Shown here in pieces: positions 38,226 through 50,319 of a stretch of 64,000 bases of DNA. Location: NCBI RefSeq assembly GCF_006345805.1, contig NC_043005.1, forward strand, positions 77,438,001 to 77,502,000, read 5' to 3'. How positions within the stretch are numbered: the stretch's first letter is position 1; the number at the start of each line of letters is the position of its first letter. The notes below the pieces were generated by a model. That model ran no database searches and had not been told where the DNA came from. It saw only the letters and a list, made by a program, of their open reading frames with translations. This stretch comes from Octopus sinensis. Taxonomy: Eukaryota. The translations under genes were made by a program, and so were the position numbers.

Positions 38226-38827
38226 AGAATTTAAAAATCAAAAAATATTCAATAATAAAAAAGTCTGATAATTATTTTGGTCCGCTTGTCTCCTACATCG
38301 CAGAAATTCGATTTTAGTTACAATAATTTATTAGGAAACATTAATATTTGTATTTTTTTCTTTCGAAATTTATTTTTATTTATGTTTTAAAGAATTTCAA
38401 CATTTTTACGCACTCTGTTATTGCTTTTTATCGCAACGATTTCCAAATACCTTGGAAACTGACGAGAGTCTGGCTCGGCAAAAATCAGATAATGTAGAGA
38501 GCAAAAGAAAAGTGAGTTTATATTCTACGTGGTTTGTAGAATATAGCGTTATGTTGCTCTTGATTTTTGGGTAACGGTAAATTAATTATCATTTATTTGT
38601 TTCAGTCATTGTGCTGTGGCCATGCTGGGGGCACTGCCTTGAAAGGTTTAGTCGAAGAAATTGGCTTATTTTAAAACTGGTACTTATTGTATTGATCTCT
38701 CTGACCAACCTGTTAAGTTCGGGGTACATTAACAAACCGCACCGATTATCAAGCGTTTCTGTTACCAAATTCATTCAAGATACCGCACAGTGGAACTGAA
38801 CATAAAAACATGTGATTGCAATGCGAG

Positions 38828-39230
38828 GGCAATCCTTCGATATAACTCGACAAAACCAAAACAAACACTCGGCTGTTTCCGTGACAACTCGACAATTCCC
38901 TTCGGATATCTTCGTGACCTCCGTGGCAGCTGCTGTGACCTCCGTGTGTGCGTGCTTGTTCTTGTCTGTGTGTCTGTGTGCGTGCATGTGTGCGTGCATT
39001 TGTGCGTGCTTGTTCTTGTCTGTGTGTCTGTGTGTGTGTATGTGTGCGTGCTTGTTCTTATCTGTATGCGTGCCTGTTTTGTTTTTATGTATTTATGTGT
39101 TTACGATTCTGTTTCCTGCTTGGAAATCTGCGGACGGAGGTCACGAAGATATCCGTAGTGAATTGTCGAGTTGTCACGAAAACAGCCGAGTGTTTGTTTT
39201 AGTTTTGCCGATTTATCTCGAAGGATTGCC
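38828..39230. mobile_element. MITE with about 97-bp TIRs starting GGCAATCC and a probable 8-bp TSD
   Basis: 38828-38924 inverted at 39134-39230; flanks aatgcgag / aaagcgaa (6/8); interior of about 30-bp gtgcgtgcttgttcttgtctgtgtgt repeats. Confidence 0.85.
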
Positions 39231-39329
39231 AAAGCGAATCTCTTAACCAAACAGCTATGCCTGGCCTAGATTAGTTGAATACAATACTGGAAACTAATGA
39301 AACAACCGTAAGCTTCAATACTCTCACGA

Positions 39330-39545
39330 TTCCGACCTAGCATCTTTAAAAAGGTGGGACATACAGAATAAATTGGTCGTAGATAAAGTAAAAGATTATG
39401 TGGCTGCAGCTGGAACGCAAATCTACTTGACCCTAATTTGAGTCTAAGCAACAACAATAGAAATGTTTACATCAGTAAACCATTCCATTCTGCCGTTTCT
39501 GCTTGAAACTAAGTGAACAGGTTGATGTGGGACGTCAAGAGTTAA
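39330..39545 (+). mobile_element. Possible piggyBac 3' end (decayed Cys-rich domain, TTAA)
   Basis: RLCGCSWN..NRNV..HSI..FCRFC-like pieces in shifting frames; ends tgggacgtcaagag|TTAA. Confidence 0.3.
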
Positions 39546-40609
39546 GGATCCGTGCAACTGAAATAAGTAAATAATAAGTAAATAAACGGTGGGACTGAAC
39601 TCGGAACCATGTGGTTAGGAAGCAAGCTCCTTACCACACAGCCATGTCTGCGCCTATTTATTATTAGGAATTATATATATTATATAATATAAAATATTTT
39701 GTAAAAGTATAATATATTTATTGCACGTAAAATTTTAGCAGCAAAATCTAATGTGAACCTCGGTTGAGAACGATTGATACGGTGCCTATAAATCTAGATC
39801 ATGGTCTGAAATTCTTAGTGAGATTAGAATACTCGGAGAATGATAAAGCAGACAATTCAATGCGGCTTATATTCATTTTGAAATAAACCCATTGATAGAG
39901 ATGACATGATAGGAGGCTATTAATGGTAACATTGGAAATATTGCAGGGAAACATTATATTGCAATTTAAAATCTGGTTCACAATCTGAAATTCTTGGTGG
40001 AGAAATGATATAACAGACGGCTGGATGATGGTTTATATTCATCTTGAAATAGAAATATGCGTTGATAGATTTGGTATAACAGAAAACTATTGATTCGTAC
40101 AAAACTACAGCCATAAAGAAACTTTAATTACATTTCATTCCGAGCTCCAACCTAAAGAGATTTGCCGGGGCATCACTAGAAAATGTGATATATTCCCCAA
40201 TTCTCCACACAGATAAGCCCTTAACGCACCGCATGAGTACCTCTTTACTAAAAATTATATTCCAAGGCATTTGGGAATCGTCTCTTTAGTACTACTGATA
40301 TCCATAACAACGGACTAGACAATAAGAATTGGAGAAAAGGCGTTTATTTACCAAATCTAGTATTCTACCACTTCAAAGACTGAAATACAAACAGCATCAA
40401 CATATAACAACTACTGGCCGAACTAACGAAGGACTCTCTGCGTCGTTTTTAGACTTTATGAAAACTGGAGTGAAATCACGTTAAAAGTCACACTCTACCG
40501 TCTTAGGACGAGGAATGGCACCGATCGCTGAACCTCGTAATTCCAGACATTGAGGAAAAACAACAGAGAAATTACGAAAAAGAAAATGAGAAGCGTCACT
40601 TCACATTGC

Positions 40610-41010
40610 ATCAAGTAACTTCACTTGCAGCAGATGTCATCAGTGCTGCAGATCGAAAGCAGGTCTCACAGCCCACATGCGAGTCTGTCAGAGATGAATA
40701 CTGACCAAGAACAGTCAACGTCGACTTACGACGAACTGCCGAAGACTGCCGTCTTTTAAAAAGCGGGAAGGGTACTGGACAAAATGAAATACTCCTAAAT
40801 GGAAACAAGCAGCAGATCGCCATACAGACGTTTATTTTTGCTGGAAGGATTTCTCCAAGATAATTTTAAGAGTGCTCTTAACATTCTTGTGTAAGTTCCA
40901 TCTATCTTGGATCCCAGCTTTTTACTAAGTTTCCAAAAATATTCAATGCATCGGCCGGAAAAGGCGCTAGCGCTTTGCGGGACATTGTTAGCAAGATAAG
41001 TAAGAGCTAG
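40610..41010 (-). mobile_element. RTE-clade LINE C-terminal fragment(s)
   Basis: WKLSKKLGSKIDGTYTRMLRALLKLSWRNPSSKNKRLYGDL matches the RTE W.L.K.L...LDG.YTRMLR..L..SW..H.T...LYG pattern; downstream CxxC-like remnant. Confidence 0.75.
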
Positions 41011-41974
41011 CAAGTGACCTGCTGCTATGGATGCTAAAGCATGGCCGTACTGGAACTGGTCAACCTAACACAACGTATGTAGGTCAAGTCACCAGAGACA
41101 TTGAATGCCCTCCCCCATCCCCGACGAACTCCCTGAAATAATACAGGACCGAAATGGATGCCGTGTGCGCATCAAAAATATCCAAGCCAGCTTGACCAGA
41201 TGATGATATGATGACTCCTAAATGCACCATGCAGGAAAATTGACCGAACGGTGTTCACAAGCACGCTTCTGAATATAAATCTATTAATTCAGGGCCTATG
41301 TGAGCATAAACAATCATAAAAAAACTGTTGTAAATCAAAGCTAAAGAGAAGGGAATTGCTTTGCAGATCATCCGGAATCGATTAAATGATTATCAGTAAC
41401 ATAAAAGTATCGATTTAATTATTGCTTAAAAAGGGGAAGAAAAGACACTGTGCCTAGTCTACAAACAAAATTAGAATAATATAAACAAGCGTTTCACCAT
41501 TTGCTAGATTATTTTTGAGCCCGCTGAAAGATTTAATTTACTAATGCATTTCATAAACAAACCAAAATGGAAAAGGTGACATCTCACTCCCGACACTACC
41601 ATCACCAACACCACCACCACCACGTCTACTATTACAGCCACTGGCTTCTATTGGGAATCAAGACAAAGCGTTTTTTACGACGGCAAGTTGGAAACGTAGT
41701 TTCCAGAATAATTTTGACAGTAGTAACTATCCCAAGACTGATATATCTTAACAATAATTCATGAAATAAAACATCTTTTAATGGCTTCTTTTCCCTATTA
41801 CCGTTATTGTTATCGGTTATGTGTGTGTGTGCGGGTGCATGTATGTATGCATAACGTATATATATATATATATATATACCTATGTATCTGTGAATGAGTA
41901 TATGTGTGTGTATGTGTGTGTATACATATATTGTTACATATACATAAATACACACACGCACACACGCACGCATA

Positions 41975-42540
41975 TATTCCTTTACTTGTTTCAGTCACTT
42001 GACTGCGGCCATGCTGCAGCACCGCCTTTAGTCGAACAAAACGATCCCACGACTTTTTCTTTGTACTTATTCTAGTACTTGTTCTATCCGTCTCTTTTGC
42101 TGAACCGCTAAGTTACGGGGACGTAAACACACCAGCATCAGTTGTCAAGCGATGGTGCGGGTCGAACGTAGACACACAAATACATACATATATTCTGAGA
42201 CCCCCTTCGGTCACGACACAGACCATGGGATTGCACCTAGAAAGTTACCCTCCGAGGCATAAGTCCGTGCAAGGTTGTTTATGGAAGACCAGCAGTCGCC
42301 CATGCGTACCGGCCTCCCCTCTCCACGCCACCGGTGTTATCCAAGGGAAAGGCAGAGGGGCTGATACAGCTTGGCACCTGTGATGTCGCAACTCATTTCT
42401 ACAGCTGAGTAAACTGGATCAACTTGAAATAAAGTGTCTTGCTCAAGAACACAACACGCAGCCTGGTCTGGGATTCGAGCTCACAACCTCACGATCGTAA
42501 GCTCGACGCTCTAAGCACTGAGCCATAAGCCTTCACACAT
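41975..42540 (-). mobile_element. SINE B 3' half followed by a SINE D copy
   Basis: B tail at 41975-42185; D at 42200-42540 (head ctctaagcactgagccataagccttcac). Confidence 0.8.
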
Positions 42541-43256
42541 ATATACATACATATACATATATACACGCACCTACATATACATTTAATATATATGTGTGTG
42601 TATGTGTATACAAACACATACATACATACATACATACATACATACATACATACATACATACATACATACATACATACATACATACATACATACATACATA
42701 CAAACATGCATACATACATACATACATACATACATGTATTTTTCATTTAATCATTACTTCTCTAAAATGGAAGTTGCAGATTTGATCCGATCATTCGAAC
42801 ATTTTTATGGTCATCATTTTTATAATTATTATGTTTTTCGATAGTCTACGGAATTTGATTAAATCGCTTATGGCAATGAAGAGAAGCCTATTTTTTTTTC
42901 TTGTTCTTTTAAACGTTCATCAATAAAAGCACGCTAGTTATTTCCTACTAATGAAATAGTCATGAATTAGTAATAAGCTAGATGTCATAATTCGGATGTA
43001 TTTTATTTTTATTTCCACGCAATCGTGCAATAAATAGAGTTAATCGTTTGTACATACGTGATTTTTTTGTATCAAATTTTCGGGTTGCAGCTCTTGTCAA
43101 CATTCCCTGCGTCCCATTACAAAATCGACTGTCTGTTCTCGATAGTTGCATAAAATTAGAAAATGTAAAACGAAAAAAATAAAGCATTCGCTCTTCGAAA
43201 ATATGACTCAAATGCTTGCAGAATATTTTTGGCTTATGATACACACATGACCATTT

Positions 43257-43680
43257 TATTTACATTATTTACATTCGACGGATATTTGTCCTCATCTCGT
43301 TTGTTGTTAACACAACGTTTCGGCTGATATACCCTCCAGCTTTCTTCAGGTGTCTTGCGGAAATTTCTAACCTGGGTTCTCATTCCTAAGGTATTTTTCG
43401 ATGTTATTATTATTAGTAGTAGTAGTAGTAGTATTAGTAGTAGTAGTACTTGTAGTAGTACTTGTAGTAGTAGTAGTAGTAGTAGTAGTATTCAGGTCAC
43501 TGCTTGGAATCGAACTCGGAATCTTGGGGTTAGTAGCCCGCACTCTTAACCACTACGCCATATTCCCGTAGGCATAGTATTAACGTTGTGTTAACAACAA
43601 AACAAGATGAGGACAAATATCCGTCGAATGTAAATAATGTAAATAATGTACATAATTCCTCATCTCTTAAATGTAGAACT
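43257..43680 (-). mobile_element. tRNA-headed SINE with hammerhead-containing Penelope-like tail, inverted terminal duplication and 12-bp TSD
   Basis: TSD acatgaccattt at 43245-43256 and 43681-43692; A box tggcgtagtgg (43560-43550), B box gagttcgattcc (43518-43507); hammerhead at 43309-43354; arms 43256-43319 and 43582-43646 inverted. Confidence 0.82.
43309..43354 (-). ncRNA. Minimal type I hammerhead ribozyme motif
   Basis: gacac-CUGAAGA-A-AGCUG-gaggguauau-CAGCC-GAAAC-GUU-guguu: 5-bp stem I, stem II with one A-C mismatch at its base, palindromic helix III (AACGUU). Confidence 0.7.
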
Positions 43681-43919
43681 ACATGACCATTTGTAACGGA
43701 TTTTCAGGGAGCAGCTCTTGTCAACTTTCTCTGCACCCCATAAGTGAATCAACAGCCTGTTTTCAAATGTTGGGTAAAATTAGGAAATGTACCAAAAAAG
43801 TATTCTTTCTTCAAAGATACTATTTAAATACCGGCCGAATATGTGGGCTTATGATACATACATGATCATCTGTAACAAGTTTTCGGACTGCAGCTTAGTC
43901 TCGCCTTTATGATGTCCTC

Positions 43920-44440
43920 ACCCCCAGAAAGTCAACTTAACACAAAAAAGACAGAAAATGCTGTAAGTTGGTTGAACTCTGTGAAAACAAAGGATGGAAG
44001 GCAAAATGTCTTCCTGTGCCTATGGGTGTTAGAGGGTTTGTTGAAACCAGGGTTCACTCGATGCTCAGGAGTCTTGAACTAGCTGGGAAAGGAAGAAGAG
44101 ATGTTGTCAGCAACTTATTGGAAGCTACTGAGGATGCAAATCATTACTTGTGGCTCAAAAGAGAGGATGAGTGGTGCAGCAAGAATGAAAGAATAAGCAG
44201 AGATGAAGGTAGAAACATCTGGCCATGAGTCGCAACATTTGACTCAGCAAAGCTCTTGCTGTTGTGGGGAGTGGAAGTTTTGTCGCTTATATTACTCAAT
44301 GGTCCCGAACAGGTCTGGTATTTCTGTCATATGGGGTCGAAACACCTACAGAGCTACTTCACTGGCTGATGAGTCATCGACTCCTACATTCGGAGACGGA
44401 GTACAACAGTGCCCTCAGCACACAATTGTTTACCTAAATG
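43920..44440 (+). mobile_element. HERO-like RLE non-LTR retrotransposon 3' end
   Basis: LVELCENKGWKAKCLPVPMGVRGFV...LELAGKGRR..V.NLLEATEDANHYLWLKREDEW matches the L..EC...GW.A...PVEVG.RGF...AAE.AS.WLW.KR C-terminus; followed by about 200 nt UTR. Confidence 0.72.
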
Positions 44441-44796
44441 TCCTCAGTTGTCACGAATAATTAAGAAAAGTACAAAAATGTTTTCTCTCTTTAAAATTAT
44501 AATTCAAAGGCTTACTAAATACTTGGGCTTATGATACATGAACAAGAATTGTAAATATATTTCTCCACGTGATCATATTTTACTTTGCAGTTATTTGCCA
44601 CTTCCCTCACAAAATCTAACCAGTTAGGGAGCCATTATTTAGTTGCTCAGCTCTTGAATAATTTATCCTTTGACGCATGCACTATTCATGAGAACAAAAT
44701 GCAGCAGTGGTCATGGCCGGGAAGCATTTTATGATAAGTCTTCTGAATCAGGCATGACCCGGACATGAACAGTATCAGCTTAGAAATTATTAGAAG

Positions 44797-45262
44797 TTAA
44801 TAAGAGAACTTCTAAGTGGTCGTCAACCATGATAGAAATATATATTTGAAGGTGGATCTCTGTCAATTGGCAAGGGTTCAGATATTCAATCAACTGAATT
44901 ATCTGCCCATAAATTAACAGATAAATGACTGACGATTCCACGGCCGTTTGTACTCTTACCGAAATTCTCATGTAAAAACAGCGTGACGCAGTTTGTAGAA
45001 GTTGAATTACAGGAACAATCCACTCCATCGGCATTTATGCAGTTAATTAGAGAACTTCTAATCGGTCGCCCACCCTGCTAGAAATATATATTTGGAGGTG
45101 GACCGCCGTCAATTGACAATTAGAGTTCAGTTATTCAATCAACTAAATTATCTGTCCATAAATTAACTGATAAATGTCTGACGCTTCAACGGCCGTGTGT
45201 ACTCCTACCGAAATTCTCATGTAGTTACAGGAACAATCCACTCCATCGGCATTTATGCAGTT
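44797..45262. repeat. Diverged tandem duplication (about 250 bp and 217 bp)
   Basis: agagaacttctaa..gtcg..agaaatatatatttg..ttacaggaacaatccactccatcggcatttatgcagtt occurs twice; second unit lacks about 30 bp. Confidence 0.88.
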
Positions 45263-45364
45263 TCAGTCTACACAATTGTCTTCTTGGAGTAGCAGACTGT
45301 CGATCGATCCCTTCTTTAGTTTGCTGTTCGTGCCAAGTGCTCACGTAATATCTTCACTTTGTAA

Positions 45365-45760
45365 AGGCGGCGAGCTGGCAGAAACGTTAGCACGCCGGGC
45401 GAAATGCTTAGCGTTATTTCGTCTGCAGCTAAGTTCTGAGTTCAAATTCCGCCGAGGTCGACTTTGCCTTTCATCTTTTCGGGTTCGATTAAATAAGTAC
45501 CAGTTACGCACTGGAGTCGATATAATCGACTTAATCCGTTTGTCTGTCATTGTTTGTCCCCTCTGTGTTTAGCCCCTTGTGAGTAGTAAAGAAATAGGTA
45601 TTTCGTCTGTCTTTACATTCTGGGTTCAAATTCCGCCGAGGCCGACTTTGCCTTTCATCTTTCGGGGGTCAATAAATTGAATACCAGTTGCGTACTGGGG
45701 TCGATCTAATCGACTGGTCCACTCCCCTCAAAAATTTCGGACCTTGTGTCTAGAGTAGAA
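45365..45760 (+). mobile_element. SINE A2-A1 dimer
   Basis: aaggcggcgagctggcagaaacgttagcacg head; junction aaagaaata|ggtatttcgtc at about 45596. Confidence 0.88.
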
Positions 45761-46182
45761 AAAAATATCTTAACTTTGTTTGTATGTATGTATGTATGTA
45801 TGTATGTATGTATGTACGTATGTATGTATGTATGTACGTATATATGTATGTAGGTGGGTAGGGAGGTAGGGAGATACGTAGGTAGGTAGGTATGTACGTT
45901 CTTAAGAGTGTGTATGTATGTATGCATATATACATGCATATATGTATGTTCACACGTGTGTCTATGTATACAATATATCCATGAATTACCTTCACAATTT
46001 GAAAAATATGAGATAACAATGATAACACGGCAGAATTTATCTGGAAACTAATGGAGTTTTATTATAAGCCTCAGAACAATTCCACGTGGGCTCCATTCGT
46101 TGCACGCAACACATCTACTCGATGCAATACAAGAAGTTGTAGACGTTGTTAAGATAATTTATGAAAACCTTGTATATATAAC

Positions 46183-46251
<69 letters not shown>

Positions 46252-46447
46252 TAGCCAGACATACAGATGATAGATAGAGAGAGAGAGTGGGGCACGTAGG
46301 TCTAAACACAGAAGGGACAAAATACAAAGTAGAGCTTTTCTTTTTGGGAAGAAGAGAAGCGGTAAAAAGGGGGGGGGGAATTCCGATCAAAAGGGATCGT
46401 CAAAATTAAACTGGGGCCGATCAATAGGGACAGATAGATAGATAGAC

Positions 46448-46514
<67 letters not shown>

Positions 46515-46814
46515 CAATACATGTATCGTATTCATAGTTTTTCGTTACGTTTCTTTACGAATGTTCGACTTTGACTTTTGACCTTCAGAAATTGATAAAA
46601 TATGTAACATGAAAATGGCTGACAATGAAATGTAATCGACGACTTCAGATAAACAGTTGATATTATTAAAATAATAAATAACATCTGTATGTATGCGCAA
46701 ATATAAAACAACCCTATATATACAGAGAGAGAGAGAGAGAGAGTGAGAGACAGACAGACAGACAGAGTGAGAGAGAGAGTGCGATTGTTGTTTACCTAAT
46801 GTACAAAACTAAAG

Positions 46815-47115
46815 TGGTACTCCGTCATTTACGACGAGTGTTCCAGCCTGCAAGTCAAGTTAGCGTACAAGTGGTTGAGCACTCCACAGACACGTGTAGC
46901 CTAACGTAGTTCTCAGGGAGACTCAGCGTGACACACAATGGGATAAGGCTGGCCCCTTTTGAATCACAGGTACAACTCGTTTTTACCGGCTGAGTAGACC
47001 AGAGGTATGTGAAATAAAGTGCTTTGCACATTAAAACAACGCGGCGCCGGGCATCGAACTCGTCACCTTTCGATCGTGAACTGAATACCCCTAACCACCA
47101 AGCACAGGACTTCAC
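46815..47115 (-). mobile_element. SINE family C
   Basis: ggtactccgtca.. tail, gtggttgagcactccacagacacgtg body, ccctaaccacc head. Confidence 0.8.
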
Positions 47116-47693
47116 ATCATAAAATATATATAAAAAGATTTATAACATAAGCTCAAGCATGAGTGTGCGTGGTTAAGAAGCTTATTTTGCAACGACGTGG
47201 TTTTGAGTTCATTTCCTTGGTAAGAATTTTTTACCATAGCCCCGGCCGATTAATACTTTGTGAGTGAATTTGGTAGACGGATATTGTGTGGAATCCCGGT
47301 GTCTGTGTATGTATGCTTTTGTATATATTTATATATGTATGTCTAGTCTATTTTTAATTATCATAAATCCTCCACTGAAGAGAGAGCCAGTTTCCAACAA
47401 AGATACAAGGCTCTATCTTTGGGATGTTGTTAACACAGACAAATTCATATTTGGAACTTGAGAAAAGTCTTGCATATTTTTACTGTTCCACTCACAGATT
47501 GCATTTGTAATGTACGAATTAGCCAGTCGATGTCTCTTTCTGAAAATCATAGCTTATCAAGATTCTCCTTTAAGCATTTACTAACAAAACCTAGTGCTCC
47601 AATTATTATTGGTATGAATATGAATTCATAGTCTGGATATAGAAGCTGGAGGTATCGAAGCAATTGTCTAGAGATATCCTATTTGTATGCTTG

Positions 47694-47727
<34 letters not shown>

Positions 47728-47914
47728 TGTATGTGAACGTGTGTGTGTATACTTGTGTGTCCGTGTCTTTGTGGCCACGCTGCTTGACAACCAGTGTTGG
47801 TTTGTTTACGTTCCCGTAAAATAGATCGTTAGAATAAGTATGAGACAATAAGTAATAGAGCCTTTACAATACATAGGACCGACGCTTTGACTATTCGTAA
47901 TATTATTAATACTT

Positions 47915-48320
47915 TCTTCTACATCGACCCCAGTGTTCAACTGGTTCTTATTTTATCGATCCCGAAAGGATGAAAGGCAAAGTCGACCTCGGCGGAATTT
48001 GAACTCAGAACACGAAGACAGACGAAATACCACTAAACGTTTTTTTTCCCCGATGAGCTAACGATTCTGTCAACTCGTCGCCTTCCTTATTCATAATATT
48101 GGCTTCAAATTTTGGCACGAGGCCAGAAATTTTGGGTAAGGGACTAAGTCGGTTACATCGACCCCAATACTCAGCAGGTACTTATTTTATCGACCCCCGA
48201 AAGAATGATGAAAGCAAAGTACACTTCCATAGAATTTGAACTCTGAACGTAAAAACGGACGAAATGCTGAAAAATATTTTGTCCGGATTGCCATCTATTC
48301 TACCAGCTTACCACATTCCT
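47915..48320 (-). mobile_element. Two SINE family A copies
   Basis: A-family motifs. Confidence 0.8.
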
Positions 48321-48930
48321 TAACCATAATACTCATATTTTAACGTAACCACTTTTATAGTCTTTCTACGTCTCATTCTTACTTCTAATTATTACAATAC
48401 TGACATGTTTCTTTTGAATACATTTATACCTCTATCACAATAACATAATGCTTTTCACTATCATTATACGATTGTGATATTTCTTGTACAGCTGTGTAGT
48501 CATAATCCTTAGTAATCCTGTCCAGGATATAAATGTAAACAAAAAATATGACAATGTAACATAACGAACGATTTATAATTTGCTTCCATTTTTTCCCGTC
48601 CTTTTGACGTCAATATTCCACAGACGGTGGAAATATATAGTTCCTGATGTTTTTTCATAATAGCGCGCACACAAGCAAGCACATTCATACGTACGTACAT
48701 ACATACATACATACATACATACATACATACATACATACATCCGGACACACACACATATATATATATACATACTTATGTATGCACATATAAACTTTTATGT
48801 TCATACATATATATATATATTATATATATATATATATATATTCGTAATTATATATATATGTGCATATATATATACACACACCAATATTCGTAATTATATA
48901 TATATATATGCGCATATATATATACCCACA

Positions 48931-48995
<65 letters not shown>

Positions 48996-49399
48996 TACAT
49001 ATTATGTGTTTGTGTCATATTATTATTGGTACTACGACTCCTTTTTTCTTATTTGCTAGACTGGAAATAAATCTATAAAGTTGGTTATTTGGGGAGGAAA
49101 GCGAAATATAGATAGATAAATTAAAAGGCCAACCACCATCTAGTAAATATATGGTATGAGCTAACAAGGAAACCTCCAAGTGGTCGTTCAGCCTATTAAA
49201 GATAGCAGACTAATGTCCCTCAAATTACACTGTATTGTATTTAAAATAAGGAAAGTAAATTGGATAACGTAGTTCTTTGTACATGCGCATAAGTAAAATA
49301 TAGTACGGCCACGGTTGGAGGGTCGATAATCGTTGCTCATCTAGATCAGGGTTGAATTGTGGGTAAATAGTTACAACAACAACAACAATGTATATATAT

Positions 49400-49710
49400 A
49401 TGACTGGCACTCCGTCGGTTACGACGACGAGGGCGCCAGTTGATCCGATCAACGGAACAGCCTGCTCATGAAATTAACGTGCAAGTGGCTGAGCACCCCA
49501 CAGACACTGACCCTTTGAAATACAGGTACAACAGAAACAGCAAGATAGAGTGAGAGAAAGTTGTGATGAAAGAGTACCACCCCCTGCCGGAGCTTCGTGG
49601 AGCTTTAGGTGTTTTCGCTCAATAAACACTCACAACACCCGGTCTGGGAATCGAAACCACGATCCTACGACCGCGAGTTCGCTGCCCTAACCACTGGGCT
49701 ATTTCACCTC
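49400..49710 (-). mobile_element. SINE family C variant
   Basis: tggcactccgtcggttacgacgacgagg tail; ccctaaccactgggc head. Confidence 0.8.
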
Positions 49711-49810
<100 letters not shown>

Positions 49811-49917
49811 ATATATTTTAATTAGAGACAAAACCACTATTTTGCAAAACAAACAAGGAAAGACTTAATCAATACATAAAACTTTAATAAAAAGTAAAAA
49901 AACCGCCACTACAATTG

Positions 49918-50220
49918 TATACACACACGTAGGGGTGGGCTGAAAAGTCCTTGGGTTTGGCGAAAAAGAAATTACTTTATTCACCATATTCCCGCTCAGA
50001 TTCAAACACTTATTGCAGTGCTCCTCCAGCCAAACTTTTCGCGATTACCTTTAAAAAGTTTGGCTGGAGGCCCAAGTTTCTGAGTTCTTTTACAGGATTT
50101 AGATAAACCGAAGGAGCACTGCAATAAGTGTTTGAATCTGAGCGGGGAATATGGTGAATAAAGTAATTTCTTTTTCGCCAAACCCAAGGACTTTTCAGCC
50201 CACCCCTACGTGTGTGTATA
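49918..50220. mobile_element. Mariner-derived fold-back element with 108-bp arms and a nested 17-bp hairpin
   Basis: 49918-50025 inverted at 50112-50220 (one indel); the arm encodes EHCNKCLNLSGEYGE* (mariner C-terminus); inner cctccagccaaactttt / aaaagtttggctggagg. Confidence 0.88.
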
Positions 50221-50254
50221 CATATATGTGTTTGTGAGTGTGTGTGTGTGAATG

Positions 50255-50285
<31 letters not shown>

Positions 50286-50319
50286 ATGTATGTATGTATG
50301 TGTATATATATATATAGTT

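Noticed and set aside
41200-41272. Box C/D snoRNA candidate (ATGATGA...CTGA)
   Set aside because: No terminal stem, no guide complementarity that I recognise, and the C box overlaps a gat repeat.
43492-43560. tRNA gene
   Set aside because: A/B boxes and an anticodon-like loop are present, but there is no proper acceptor stem and it continues into a repeat body; it is a SINE head. The same applies to all A-D family heads.
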